DNA from: an uncultured Ignavibacteria bacterium
GTDB lineage: Bacteria > Zixibacteria > MSB-5A5 > CAIYYT01
DNA length: 64,000 nucleotides
Assembly: GCA_964370935.1 (NCBI GenBank)
Contig: CAYJKI010000002.1
Location: forward strand, 522,545-586,544
Direction of reading: 5' to 3'
A program made the translations under genes and the position numbers. This document shows positions 37,674-47,797 of this stretch, piece after piece. Position 1 is the stretch's first letter. The number at the start of each line of letters is the position of its first letter. The notes under the pieces are model-generated. The model searched no databases, was not told the origin of the DNA, and saw only the letters and a list, made by a program, of their open reading frames with translations.

Positions 37674-38554
37674 ACTGCCACCACGCCTTTCATCGCCATA
37701 AGCTTGCTGGGTTCGATGAGCAGTTTATCGAGTCCAAGCTCCTCGGGCGACAGTCCAAGTGCAATTCCGACCAAATGCGTGAAGTATATGACGGGTATGT
37801 TAAAGTCAGTCGAGTACTGCGAATTGACTTTGCCCTGGAAGCCTTCAAGGTTCACGTGGCATAGAGGGCAGGCAGTGGCGATCATCTCACCACCGTTCTC
37901 TGCCGCGGCCTGCAGAAGTTCATGACAGAGCTTCAGCGCAATCTGCTCATCGGTGGTCATTAGCATTCCACCGCAGCAGCGTACTTTGGGCGGGTAGGGA
38001 ACCGACTCGGCGCCGAGGGCGCGGATCAAATTGTCCATCGTTTGCGGATCATCCTTGTCATCGAAGTAGCCGACTGGCCGGACAATCTGACAACCGTAGT
38101 ATGGAGCGACCTTGAGTCCGGTCAGTGGCTGCGTAACCTTTGTCTTGAGCACGTCGATTCCGACATCATTGACGATGATGTCAAGCGGATGACGAACGTT
38201 GACTGGCTTGGTATACGACATCCCCGCAGCGGCGAGGGCTTCATTGATCTTCTTGCCTTCTTTGGGATCCCAGGCGATGTGTCGATTCGTCTTGCGAAGT
38301 ATCGTGTAGCAACTACTGCACGGGGCGCAGATTTCGAGTCCCATCTCCTGCGCCAACGCCAGATTTCGCGCACTGATCGAGTAGCCGACGATCTTCTTGG
38401 CGGACATGTACATTGTGGCGCCGCAACAGTTCCAATCCTCGATTTCACGGAGCCCGATTCCAAGCGATTTGAACACAGCGCGCGTCGACTTGTCGTAAGG
38501 GCTGGCCGTATGCTCAAGGCTGCAGCCGGGGTAGTAAGCAAATTCTAGCATCAC
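37670..38554 (-). CDS. hdrB: Heterodisulfide-reductase subunit B-like protein (two CCG domains)
   Basis: WNCCGA... and RCCGGMLM CCG-domain motifs, plus conserved Cys spacing of HdrB/HdrD. Confidence 0.85.
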   Translation of the reverse strand: MMLEFAYYPGCSLEHTASPYDKSTRAVFKSLGIGLREIEDWNCCGATMYMSAKKIVGYSISARNLALAQEMGLEICAPCSSCYTILRKTNRHIAWDPKEGKKINEALAAAGMSYTKPVNVRHPLDIIVNDVGIDVLKTKVTQPLTGLKVAPYYGCQIVRPVGYFDDKDDPQTMDNLIRALGAESVPYPPKVRCCGGMLMTTDEQIALKLCHELLQAAAENGGEMIATACPLCHVNLEGFQGKVNSQYSTDFNIPVIYFTHLVGIALGLSPEELGLDKLLIEPSKLMAMKGVVAV

Positions 38555-39138
38555 TGTTCTCCAAACTCGTTAGCTTTTTTGATAATGGCCTGGATTTGAT
38601 TGACGCGTTTAATGCGTTTCGGGAGTAGTCCCATTCTGCCCCGCCGGATCATTGCCATCCCGTAACCGGCTGTCGTGAATAATTTCACAATGTGTGAGCG
38701 CATAAAGTACTTTATACCGAGACCGAGTTCATAATTGCGCCCGTACCTGTAGACATTATTCATGAATGTCGAGGAGAGGCTATGGACCGGAAAGTTGGCT
38801 GGGTAGATCTTTCTGTGCATCGCAATTCGCTTCAGCGCATACATGGTATCGGTGACCTTGATTCCAGCAGGACACCTGACCGTGCAAGCGTAGCATGAAG
38901 CGCAGATCCAGATCGTCTTGCTGCGAAGGATGTCCTCCAGGCGGCCAGCTCTGAACATCGCGATGGTTTGGCGGGGCGTGATGTCCATAAACTGCGAAAC
39001 CGGGCAGGTTCCCGTGCAGGTTCCGCACTGAAGGCACTTCTTGATCTTGTGTCCGTCGGGAAAAGAGTCGATTTGCTCCCAAAAGGCGGCATGCAATTCG
39101 GCCTCTGTGGGCGAAGTGGTCTTGATTGCTTCAGTCAT
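38551..39138 (-). CDS. hdrC: Heterodisulfide-reductase subunit C-like 2x[4Fe-4S] ferredoxin
   Basis: CLQCGTCTGTCP and CASCYACTVRCP. First gene of the operon. Confidence 0.85.
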   Translation of the reverse strand: MTEAIKTTSPTEAELHAAFWEQIDSFPDGHKIKKCLQCGTCTGTCPVSQFMDITPRQTIAMFRAGRLEDILRSKTIWICASCYACTVRCPAGIKVTDTMYALKRIAMHRKIYPANFPVHSLSSTFMNNVYRYGRNYELGLGIKYFMRSHIVKLFTTAGYGMAMIRRGRMGLLPKRIKRVNQIQAIIKKANEFGEQ

Positions 39139-39392
39139 AAGACCTCAAAGAGATATAAGTACTCGAATTCGGAAGGAAACACCGACTTAGAATACCAGTC
39201 GCGTCAACAGGATGGCATCGTGACGCAAATCCCATTGTCGATGTCGCTATCTATGATGGAAATAATCAGCTTTTCGGGCAAGTGTCAAGAGAAATATTTC
39301 ACAAAGTCATACTGTAATATGAAACAAAGAATAGCTTCGTTGTGGTGGAATCCGCCCTTTAAAAACCAATCAAGTTGGGCCGCTTTTAATGG

Positions 39393-39983
39393 TTAACGGC
39401 CGATCAGATGGAGAAATTCCGCTCTTGTAGCCGGGTCTTCATGCAATTCGCCAAGCATCGCTGATGTCACCATTACTGAATTCTGCTTTTCTACGCCACG
39501 CATCATCATGCAAAGGTGTTGTGCTTCTATGACAACTCCAACTCCGATAGCTCCGGTGTGGATTTGAATCGTATTAGCGATCTGACGTGTTAGATTCTCC
39601 TGAATCTGAAGCCGGCGGCCAAAGACATCAACAACTCTTGCGACTTTTGAGAGGCCAAGCACCTTTCCATCGGGTATATACCCGACGTGACACTTCCCGA
39701 AGAATGGCAATAGATGGTGCTCACACATTGAGTAGAGCTCGATGTTTTTTACGACCACAAGTTCCTTCGTATCTGACTCAAATAACGCATCGTTAATGAT
39801 TGCGCCGATGTCCTCGCTATATCCTTTCATTAGGAATTCGAATGCCTTGGCGGCGCGGGCGGGAGTTCTTCGAAGACCCTCACGGTTGGGATCTTCACCA
39901 ATGTGGGTTATGAGATTGTGATAGAGTTCTTCAAGCCGCAAAGTCATTTTGTGCTCTCCTGAAAGTCGTGCGCCAATGTTCAA
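39393..39983 (-). CDS. folE: GTP cyclohydrolase I
   Basis: [19 protein letters not shown]...[10 protein letters not shown]...[14 protein letters not shown] motifs of FolE. Confidence 0.85.
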   Translation of the reverse strand: MNIGARLSGEHKMTLRLEELYHNLITHIGEDPNREGLRRTPARAAKAFEFLMKGYSEDIGAIINDALFESDTKELVVVKNIELYSMCEHHLLPFFGKCHVGYIPDGKVLGLSKVARVVDVFGRRLQIQENLTRQIANTIQIHTGAIGVGVVIEAQHLCMMMRGVEKQNSVMVTSAMLGELHEDPATRAEFLHLIGR

Positions 39984-40092
39984 TCGCCATCAGGCAGGTG
40001 TGACGGCCAATCAAGCCTTCGGCAATATACACGGATCGTAATTCAAGTGTTGGAATTATCTGCGACAACGGAGGAAGAAGATTCTTGCGGTG

Positions 40093-40674
40093 TCAGTTTT
40101 CCGGCTGGGCAATCGGAAGTGCCGGGTTTGCTTCGGCAGAGATGATCATACGTAACGGCGCTCCAGAAGATTCGGCGGCACTGACCATAATTGTGGTTGA
40201 GCGGCGCACTCGCATCCACTGCGACTGCGGTATTGATGGAGCCAGTGTTGCCTCGAATTGATAGAGCGAGAAGTTGATATCGAATAGAGTCCTGACATTA
40301 AAGCTAAATAATATGTGCGGAGGCTTCTTGATGATATGGGGCAAGTGCTCTTTGTTTTCGTACTCAGAGAAATTGAGCAGCAGAGCTCGTCTTGAACTAG
40401 TGTGACCCAGCAAGTCGCTGGGGATCTCGAAACAGGCGATGAATTTAGTCTGCGAATGCGGCAAGGTAATGATCGAGAAAGTCGCCAACTGCTGAATCAA
40501 CTCTACGTCTTCTGGTCGACTGACGGTGCCGATGATACCGTTGACCGTATGAATGACTTCAAGGAACTCCGGAGTCGAATTCACCATGTAACGAACCGGC
40601 TTCAATACTCCGAATGGAGTAATCGCAGCTTGGCTCAAGACGTGAGTCATAGCGACCGCCTTAGCCACTTGCAA
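40093..40674 (-). CDS. Hypothetical protein (193 aa)
   Basis: ORF only. No motif recognised. Confidence 0.35.
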   Translation of the reverse strand: MQVAKAVAMTHVLSQAAITPFGVLKPVRYMVNSTPEFLEVIHTVNGIIGTVSRPEDVELIQQLATFSIITLPHSQTKFIACFEIPSDLLGHTSSRRALLLNFSEYENKEHLPHIIKKPPHILFSFNVRTLFDINFSLYQFEATLAPSIPQSQWMRVRRSTTIMVSAAESSGAPLRMIISAEANPALPIAQPEN

Positions 40675-40786
40675 ATAAATCGATACATGCTACGATTATC
40701 GGCAAGGATTGAGGAATTGTTAGTAATCACCGGGCCAGAATTAAACGCGGTTTCGCTTCTAATCCATTGCTAGATAGACAATTACA

Positions 40787-42625
40787 TTACTCGGCCAACA
40801 TCACAGAGATTCCCCAATATTGAGGATTCCTTGGTTTTGTGTCGTTCCAGTTTCCGAATGAATGAGATCCATCAGATACATAGTGAAGTCGATACGATCC
40901 GGCATCAAGGAAGATTTGAGTGTCAGCAATTCGGTTCTTATCCGCACCACCGGCAGCAGTGGTCTTGCGGTAGGTCATCTCCCAAACGACATCTCGAGTT
41001 TGGACATCCTCGATCCATCCGTAATCATACATTTCATTCCCGGATCCTTCACCCATGGCAATAATATGTACGCGAGTCGGCTTGCTGATGGTGAATGAAG
41101 TCGACTCCTCGGCGTCATCGCCAACACGGACTATTCTGGCAAGTACGTCCTTCGATTCCGCCTCTTCCTGCAATTCGGCGATAAGAGAGCGGTCGAATGA
41201 ATTGTTAACGGCGAAGAGGGTCACGCCGTAGTTTTTCTGATCGTATGGCGCCCCGGAATTCCATGCTCCATAAGCATGCGAGTCATCGGTAACATAGCCG
41301 AGAACATAATCGCCCTTTGGCAGGGTAACGACTTCATCAGCCAACCGATTCTTTTTCGCTCCGCCGGCCGGTTCGGTGTTGCGTTCCTGCATTAGCCAGA
41401 ATGGTCTCGAGTCACCAAGTCGTTCAATCCAGGCATAGTCGGCGAAATCACCGCTGCCGGTGCTATATTCGCCGAGAGCATAAACACGTACTTCGCAATC
41501 CTGCTTTACACGGAAAGGTTTGACTTCCATAAAATCATCGCCGGCACGAACAATGGATAGAAGTGCCAACTGCGACGAACTTTCGCGGAAGGTGGAAACA
41601 GAGGCTAAATCGGTCTTGGACAATGCAGAAACTCGAACGCCGTAAGCTTCGGGATTATAAGGTGGCGGGCAATTCCAATCATCATAGCTGTGCGAATCAT
41701 CAGTGACGTAATAAAGCAAGTAGTTGCCTTTGTCGAGCTGCAATGTGCGTCGCGCCATTTTGTTTTTCTCGCCGCCACCCGCCCAGCGCAGATGCTCGTC
41801 GGCCATTGACCATTCACGTTTGCGCGTATCGGCATTGATGATCCAGCCGTAATCGGCGTAAGAATCACTCCAGTCGGGGATTTCGCCAATGGCTTGAATT
41901 TCCACTTCCATTGGTTTGGCGAGTGAAAAGCCCACTGAAGTATATTGTTCATGATCCGGATGGAGGATTTCAGCGATGACCCGATCAGACGTGTAGGTGC
42001 AAGTGGCACTGCGAATGTCGCCGTTGTCCCCAGTGATCTCCAGCCGGTATTCGGCGAGCAGCTCCTCCATTTCGGCTGACCAATCGGAATCAACTGTGAC
42101 ATTCCAATTGTTGTCTTTAAGCTGCTTCTCCAATTCGGCCAGATCTTTGGTCTTGTTTCCCAACTCCTTTTTAACTTCCTCCAAAGCGGCTTTGAGCTGC
42201 TCCCAGTCGAGACTGAAGTTCACGTTGTTCCAGAAGTTTACCGGTCCCGCAAAGAAGTACACTTGATATTGGCCGGGCTCGAGTTCCAGATTCCGATCAT
42301 ATTCGCGAAGTCTATCGTCCTTGTTTGAAGGGTCGGTGTTCGTGTCATCCATAATCCAGACCGGCTCAAGCCCGCTGGCAGGAATGATCCAGGCATACGC
42401 GGCCATTTCGCGATCATTACCGGATGCGGCACCGACGGCGTTGATATGTATGGAGGAAGGTTTGTTGACTTCAAAAGCTTTGCAGTAGAGCTCACCTTTG
42501 CGGAAATCGCGCACCTTAACAATCTGGACATTCTCGGCTACAGCGGTTACCGCTAAGACAATTAGAACCAGCGCAACAGAGGCAGTGCCAACGGTGCCAA
42601 TTCGATTTTCCGGTTTAACTCTCAA
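40787..42625 (-). CDS. Secreted/membrane-anchored protein composed of four tandem ~140-aa repeats of an unknown domain
   Basis: N-terminal TM/signal segment. Four copies of the pattern [AD]Y[AG]WI...GG.KN+.A+..L..G.Y.L.YV.DDSH.Y..WN...PY......YGV (AYAWIIP.., DYGWIINAD.., DYAWIERLG.., DYGWIEDVQ..). Confidence 0.5.
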   Translation of the reverse strand: MRVKPENRIGTVGTASVALVLIVLAVTAVAENVQIVKVRDFRKGELYCKAFEVNKPSSIHINAVGAASGNDREMAAYAWIIPASGLEPVWIMDDTNTDPSNKDDRLREYDRNLELEPGQYQVYFFAGPVNFWNNVNFSLDWEQLKAALEEVKKELGNKTKDLAELEKQLKDNNWNVTVDSDWSAEMEELLAEYRLEITGDNGDIRSATCTYTSDRVIAEILHPDHEQYTSVGFSLAKPMEVEIQAIGEIPDWSDSYADYGWIINADTRKREWSMADEHLRWAGGGEKNKMARRTLQLDKGNYLLYYVTDDSHSYDDWNCPPPYNPEAYGVRVSALSKTDLASVSTFRESSSQLALLSIVRAGDDFMEVKPFRVKQDCEVRVYALGEYSTGSGDFADYAWIERLGDSRPFWLMQERNTEPAGGAKKNRLADEVVTLPKGDYVLGYVTDDSHAYGAWNSGAPYDQKNYGVTLFAVNNSFDRSLIAELQEEAESKDVLARIVRVGDDAEESTSFTISKPTRVHIIAMGEGSGNEMYDYGWIEDVQTRDVVWEMTYRKTTAAGGADKNRIADTQIFLDAGSYRLHYVSDGSHSFGNWNDTKPRNPQYWGISVMLAE

Positions 42626-42762
42626 GGTTTCTGTCCTTCCGCGACAAGTTCGACTATCATTAACCGCCCCGATATAGTTACGAATCCCGCCGGTATAAGT
42701 TTCACCCAGTCCAAGCTAATGGTCATTCAGAATTTAATCCGAACTGACTCAATTTGAACCAA

Positions 42763-43698
42763 TTACAACAGCTTCTGACGACGTAATCGATTGAAATCAA
42801 GGTCCTCCACTGAAGCGATTTCGGCACGGGATGTTGCGATCCGAACGGCTATTGCGGTGGCGCTCCGAATCGATGCTTTTGACATTACTGCCGACAAGAA
42901 CGCCGCGGCAAAGACATCCCCACAACCGGTCGTATCGACCACCTTTTTCGTTGCCGGCGGCACAATCTGCTGCACGACAATCGATGTTCCCCGTCGGTAA
43001 CAGACGATACAGCCACGGCTTCCAAGCGTAACCAAGAGTGCTCGAGCTCCCTTATTCATCTCTGTTGCCATAAACTGCTGGCAACGGCTGCGGTCCGGTA
43101 GTTGTCGAGCGAGCAGCTTGAATTCGACTTCGTTCATCTGTAGGAAATCAGCGCAAAGAACAGTCTTTCGCCAATCCCTGGGACGGCGTAGATATCGTGT
43201 TCCGTCGGCCCTGCGACCGAGTGTCCGCGAGTGAAAATCGATATAGATCTTCGCACGAGTTTGACTCTGCAACCACATCAAGTTGGCGGTAGAGATGTCA
43301 CTTCCGGAGATGTAGTTGACAAGGACGTATTCAGAGTCAACAATCTTCCGCAGTTGCTCACGGCCGACACCGCCAACCCAGCCGGACAACTTTTCGGTTT
43401 TGTCAGAAGTATTCTCATATTTCAACAGACAGTGATTATTTGGACTGGATACTGCCCGCACTGAATCAGATCTGATCTTTAGCAGTTCGCTAATCCTCGC
43501 CCTGATTTGCTTGTCATGATCTCTACCGACACTTACGACCGGCCAAATCTCCACTTCGTCATCACTCAAGCGTGAAAGCACGATCAAGCTGTAGAGAATG
43601 CCTCCATATCCTCGACAGAGTGTACCATCGGGTCGGACCACCGTGTCGCAATTGATTGTACCGATTACGGCAATCTTACGAAATTGTGACTTGGTCAT
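42763..43698 (-). CDS. PfkB-family carbohydrate/nucleoside kinase (ribokinase-like)
   Basis: C-terminal DTTGCGDVFAAAFL is the PfkB signature 2. An N-terminal GG dipeptide region is present. Confidence 0.75.
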   Translation of the reverse strand: MTKSQFRKIAVIGTINCDTVVRPDGTLCRGYGGILYSLIVLSRLSDDEVEIWPVVSVGRDHDKQIRARISELLKIRSDSVRAVSSPNNHCLLKYENTSDKTEKLSGWVGGVGREQLRKIVDSEYVLVNYISGSDISTANLMWLQSQTRAKIYIDFHSRTLGRRADGTRYLRRPRDWRKTVLCADFLQMNEVEFKLLARQLPDRSRCQQFMATEMNKGARALLVTLGSRGCIVCYRRGTSIVVQQIVPPATKKVVDTTGCGDVFAAAFLSAVMSKASIRSATAIAVRIATSRAEIASVEDLDFNRLRRQKLL

Positions 43699-43750
43699 TG
43701 CGCGAATCTAAGCAATTCCGTCGAAGGGAGCAACTGGTTGCGAGATTGAC

Positions 43751-44923
43751 TTGCCGGTGGTGAAACGATATTATGCGCAGACTATGAGAATCGGTTTCGA
43801 CGCCAAACGCGCGGTCTTCAATATGACCGGACTCGGCAACTACTCGCGCAATCTTGTCCGGAGTCTTGCCACCCTATATCCGAACGACGAATTCTTTCTG
43901 TATTCGCCGGGCCGGGTTGATAATCCGCGCCTCGAGTTTCTGAATGAACTCTCGCATGCGCGCATCGTTGTGCCGCGCGGTCTTTATGCGGGAGCGCTGA
44001 AAGGCATCTGGAGATCGCTGGGTATCTGCGGCGACATCAAGCGCGACCGCGTCGATTTGTTTCACGGGCTAAGCAATGAACTGCCCTTTGGAATTGGCCG
44101 TGTTCATGTGGCTAAGATTGTCACCATTCATGATCTGATATTCAAGCGCTATCCACATTACTATCCGACTTTAGACCGGCGGATATACGATTTCAAGAGT
44201 CGCTACGCGTGCCGGAATGCTGATATCATCATCGCAGTTAGTGAGCAAACCAAACGTGATATCGTTGAGTTTTATGGCACTGCACCAGAGAAGATTAAGG
44301 TCGTTTACCAGAGTTGTGATGCCAGCTTCTCACACTCGATTACCGAGAGCGAGAAATCGGAAGTCCGATCGCGCTATAGTCTCCCCGCACAATTCGTGCT
44401 CTATGTCGGATCAATTGAAGAACGGAAGAACCTGCTCGGTTTGGTTAAGGCGATCACTTTACTAAGGAAATCGCACGATCTCTTTCTGGTCGCTATCGGT
44501 CGTGGAACAGAATATCTCGGACAAGTCAAGCAGTACATCAATTCGTCAGGCATGAACGATCGGATCCAGATCAGATCGGACATCGCTTTCGCAGACTTCC
44601 CGGCGATCTACCAAATGGCCCAGGTGTTTGTTTACCCTTCGCAATTCGAGGGATTCGGAATACCGATCATCGAGGCCCTCTGGAGTAAGACACCGGTCAT
44701 TACCACTCGCGGCGGATGCTTTGCGGAAGCCGGCGGTCCGGCAAGCATGTACGTGTCACCTGACAATTCCGAAGAGATTGCCTCTGCCATAACGAAAGTT
44801 CTTGGTGATTCCAATCTCCGCGCAAGAATGATTGGCGGCGGATATTCTCACGTACAGAAGTTCCGCGAGGAAAATGTCATTAGGCAAATTATGGAAATCT
44901 ACCAAAGCATCCTAAAGCAGTGA
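43751..44923 (+). CDS. GT4-family (GT-B fold) glycosyltransferase
   Basis: EGFGIPIIEALWSKTPVITT and the surrounding E-x7-E region typical of Glycos_transf_1 proteins. Confidence 0.8.
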   Translation: MPVVKRYYAQTMRIGFDAKRAVFNMTGLGNYSRNLVRSLATLYPNDEFFLYSPGRVDNPRLEFLNELSHARIVVPRGLYAGALKGIWRSLGICGDIKRDRVDLFHGLSNELPFGIGRVHVAKIVTIHDLIFKRYPHYYPTLDRRIYDFKSRYACRNADIIIAVSEQTKRDIVEFYGTAPEKIKVVYQSCDASFSHSITESEKSEVRSRYSLPAQFVLYVGSIEERKNLLGLVKAITLLRKSHDLFLVAIGRGTEYLGQVKQYINSSGMNDRIQIRSDIAFADFPAIYQMAQVFVYPSQFEGFGIPIIEALWSKTPVITTRGGCFAEAGGPASMYVSPDNSEEIASAITKVLGDSNLRARMIGGGYSHVQKFREENVIRQIMEIYQSILKQ

Positions 44924-45646
44924 CTATTGCTTCGGTTTGAATACCACTTTGCCGGCGGTCATTGTGACCCTGGCGAGTTCTTGTTCAGCTGTATCGCGAA
45001 ACACCAAAACAGCCGATTTAGGATCATACCCGCATTTTTGAAGACACTCGCTCCAGTAATTGAATGCTGATTCTGCTGTCGCACGTCGGTCATCTACGGC
45101 AAGTGAGTTCCACTCTTCTGCGGACACGGTTAGTGCTGCGGATGGAGCTTCGCCATCAATGCCGGCTACGCCGGAGATGATCTTGAGTGCCGGGTCGACG
45201 CGGCTGGCATCAAACTTGAAACGAGTCCAGGGGTCAACATAACGTTCTTTGGTCAACAGCGTCTCAAATACAAAGGCTGTACGACCGTCTGAAAGCTGAA
45301 CTTTCCACCACTTGTCCGTTAATTCAATGAGTTTGACTTCAGTACCGCGTGGTAGTTGTGCCACCACATCGGCAGTCGTGGCCGGCTTACTGCGAACGTT
45401 GATAAGATCCTTGATCACCCAACCGGACGCAAATGTCTCGGCCGTCGCGGCAGGTGCTTCTGCTTCCACTTGCGCTGCGGCATCAGTTTCTTGTGCAGTT
45501 GCTTGCTCCTTCGCTTCTTGGTTGACCGGCGGGAGAGTGGATTCGGTTTTCTTGCCGCACCCAACAAAGATCAAGTTGAGCAGTAGGCTTAGCAGGCCCG
45601 CAATAATCACGGCATGCGGAGAATTTTGCTTGATATTCATAAGCAT
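44924..45646 (-). CDS. Lipoprotein with a bacterial SH3 (SH3b) domain
   Basis: Lipobox LIFVGCG. SH3b-like GWVIKDLINVRSKPATTADVVAQLPRGTEVKLIELTDKWWKVQLSDGRTAFV. Confidence 0.55.
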   Translation of the reverse strand: MLMNIKQNSPHAVIIAGLLSLLLNLIFVGCGKKTESTLPPVNQEAKEQATAQETDAAAQVEAEAPAATAETFASGWVIKDLINVRSKPATTADVVAQLPRGTEVKLIELTDKWWKVQLSDGRTAFVFETLLTKERYVDPWTRFKFDASRVDPALKIISGVAGIDGEAPSAALTVSAEEWNSLAVDDRRATAESAFNYWSECLQKCGYDPKSAVLVFRDTAEQELARVTMTAGKVVFKPKQ

Positions 45647-45749
45647 TCAGTTGCCTCCTTGGTATGACAGTATTGTATTGATCAGGAATATTGCGTAGTT
45701 ATCTCCGACTGTCAAGTCGAATCGCCAAGTCGGTGTATTCATCAGGCGC

Positions 45750-46661
45750 TTAATAACCGCCGATGGTTGACTTCCAACGTCGATGTGTCCAGAGCCATTG
45801 GCCGGGGTATCGGCGGACAATATCTCCAAGTAATCCCGAGAACACGGAAATGAGACGAGTAATTTCCTCCTCGCGGGGAGCGTCTCGGTTCGGCTCGACA
45901 ATTGCAGGAATCAGCAGATTCAAGTCATCGCCGTTTCGGATTAGAAAAACTACCACCAACGGTGCGTTATAGTGGTAGGCGAACGAGGCGATACCACGAT
46001 GATAAGACGCCGGCGTGCCCATGAAATCGACTACGATTCCCTCTTTGCCGGCATCCTGATCGGCCACCAACAATATCGGCGCTCCCTGCTTGAGAGCCCG
46101 CGGCAATTCGCGCGCCGCAGCATGGCTATGGATAATGGTGTTATCTTTCATCCGGGCGATACGTAACTTATTAATGTAGCGGTCCACCAGCTTGTTGCTT
46201 TGCTCTTGTGCGACGAAGCGACACTCTTCAAACTCAATTCCAATGTATTGCCCGAGAATCTCCCAGTTGCCGATGTGTCCGGTGGCAAAAACAACCGGGC
46301 GTTTCGCGGCAAGGAAAGTCTTTATTGCAGTTAATTGTGATTGAGCATGCGTCGGTATTTTGATTCGTTCCAGTGCGGCCCTGGCGTCAGCGACATCAAA
46401 GGCATTGCGGGCAATGTTGCGGTAGACGGCACGGATTATGGGTTGAACTTCCGCTGGCGTAGATTCGGAGAAGACGAGATTCAAATTGCGGCGCGCAACC
46501 TTTAACCGTCGAGCGGTGAGCAGTCGAGCGATGTCCGCAAGAAGTCCGGCAAGCGGTACTCGCAGTTTGCCGGGCGTGAGTTTGACCAAGAGGTGGAAGG
46601 CGCGGACAAACAGGTACTCAAATACGTGTTGAATCTTCTTCAGAGTCTTTCCATGGCTCAT
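45750..46661 (-). CDS. LpxL/HtrB-family lipid A (Kdo2-lipid IVA) acyltransferase
   Basis: HIGNWE catalytic motif and an N-terminal membrane anchor. The start was moved to MSHGK... to limit overlap with the upstream gene. Confidence 0.75.
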   Translation of the reverse strand: MSHGKTLKKIQHVFEYLFVRAFHLLVKLTPGKLRVPLAGLLADIARLLTARRLKVARRNLNLVFSESTPAEVQPIIRAVYRNIARNAFDVADARAALERIKIPTHAQSQLTAIKTFLAAKRPVVFATGHIGNWEILGQYIGIEFEECRFVAQEQSNKLVDRYINKLRIARMKDNTIIHSHAAARELPRALKQGAPILLVADQDAGKEGIVVDFMGTPASYHRGIASFAYHYNAPLVVVFLIRNGDDLNLLIPAIVEPNRDAPREEEITRLISVFSGLLGDIVRRYPGQWLWTHRRWKSTIGGY

Positions 46662-47553
46662 CGTCCGATCCGGAATAGTCGAAGTCGGTGCTCTGGTATT
46701 TTTCTTCCTCTTTCCAGCGATCGATCGCGTGTTTCTTACGTTTGCGAATGATGATCCATCCAAAGACTACGATGAGAGCAAGAATAACCCAAAGTCCCGA
46801 CATATCGGAGAGTATAGCAAACAACGTATAATTGTCCGACAGGAATTTTCGATAGTCGGCCTCGAATCGCCAGAACGAGATACCAAGGGTGTTGTGAAAA
46901 GCCTCGCTCATGTTCTGGCCCGAGGCGAAGGCATCGAGCAGATCGAGGAACGCTAATTCGCCATAGCGCGTGAAGATGAAGTTAACAACCAGATAGCTTT
47001 GCGCGTACGCCAGATTAGCCTCGCTCTGATGGAAACGATTCACATCATCAATATCGCGTAATGGTAAAATCGACTTGGTGATCTGCGCCGAAGCAATAGT
47101 TGAAACTTGGGCAAATGCCCACTCGCCGGCAAACCAGGATGCGAACCCTTCGTCGATGAATCGCGGCAAACGCGCGGTCTGCACCCGACGACTCAATGCG
47201 ATATGCGCTAGTTCGTGCTGTAACAAGTCTGCCGTGTTTCCCGGATAGCGATTCATCATCGGCTGGCGCAAGATGATGAGGTTTCTTGACGGTATCGCGG
47301 CTCCGGCGCCCCATTCCGGAATCTTGCCACCGGCGAGAGCATCGAACTGCTCCTGGGTCTGGACGATGGCAATGTCGATGGTGTCGTTGAAGGGTATCCC
47401 GAGCAGTCTTCCCAGTCGCAAAGCGGCAACTTCAAGGACCAGCCGCATCTCTTTATCTTGTGATTCGTTGGGAGGCGTAAATCGGAAAGTCGCCGCTTGG
47501 AGCGAAACAGCTGCGGCAATCAAGATGGTGAAAACAGCGACAATGACCTTCAT
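46618..47553 (-). CDS. Putative HExxH zinc metalloprotease with a C-terminal TM anchor (peptidase-MA-like)
   Basis: Signal peptide. LLQHELAHIAL (HExxH). One C-terminal TM helix followed by an acidic tail. Confidence 0.5.
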   Translation of the reverse strand: MKVIVAVFTILIAAAVSLQAATFRFTPPNESQDKEMRLVLEVAALRLGRLLGIPFNDTIDIAIVQTQEQFDALAGGKIPEWGAGAAIPSRNLIILRQPMMNRYPGNTADLLQHELAHIALSRRVQTARLPRFIDEGFASWFAGEWAFAQVSTIASAQITKSILPLRDIDDVNRFHQSEANLAYAQSYLVVNFIFTRYGELAFLDLLDAFASGQNMSEAFHNTLGISFWRFEADYRKFLSDNYTLFAILSDMSGLWVILALIVVFGWIIIRKRKKHAIDRWKEEEKYQSTDFDYSGSDDEPWKDSEEDSTRI

Positions 47554-47797
47554 AGACAAAGTATACGCAAACAACGTGGTAAAGCAAAAGCCGAGTCGGA
47601 GTCTGTTGGAATTGATTTTGAGTGCAATTCCACGTCCTTTGTCTGAAGATAGTCCTTGGAGATCGGCTGGCTCACCAGCACTATCACCAAGCAGGATATA
47701 TATTTGGCCCGGATAAACACCTTTAATGCTTGACCGATGAGGTGATCGCGTTTAGCTTTGCTTGAGTGTATTCCCTTCATCGAATGGAGTTCTGCAA

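Noticed and set aside
39283-39288. Perfect TTGACA -35 hexamer (minus strand) ~150 nt upstream of hdrC
   Set aside because: There is no convincing -10 hexamer at 17-18 nt spacing (best is TATTTC). E. coli sigma-70 consensus may not apply in this lineage. I did not call it as a promoter feature.
39340-39392. GGCCG...CGGCC hairpin just downstream of folE
   Set aside because: The stem is only 5 bp with a 14-nt loop, and no T-tract follows on the transcribed strand. Evidence for a terminator is too weak.
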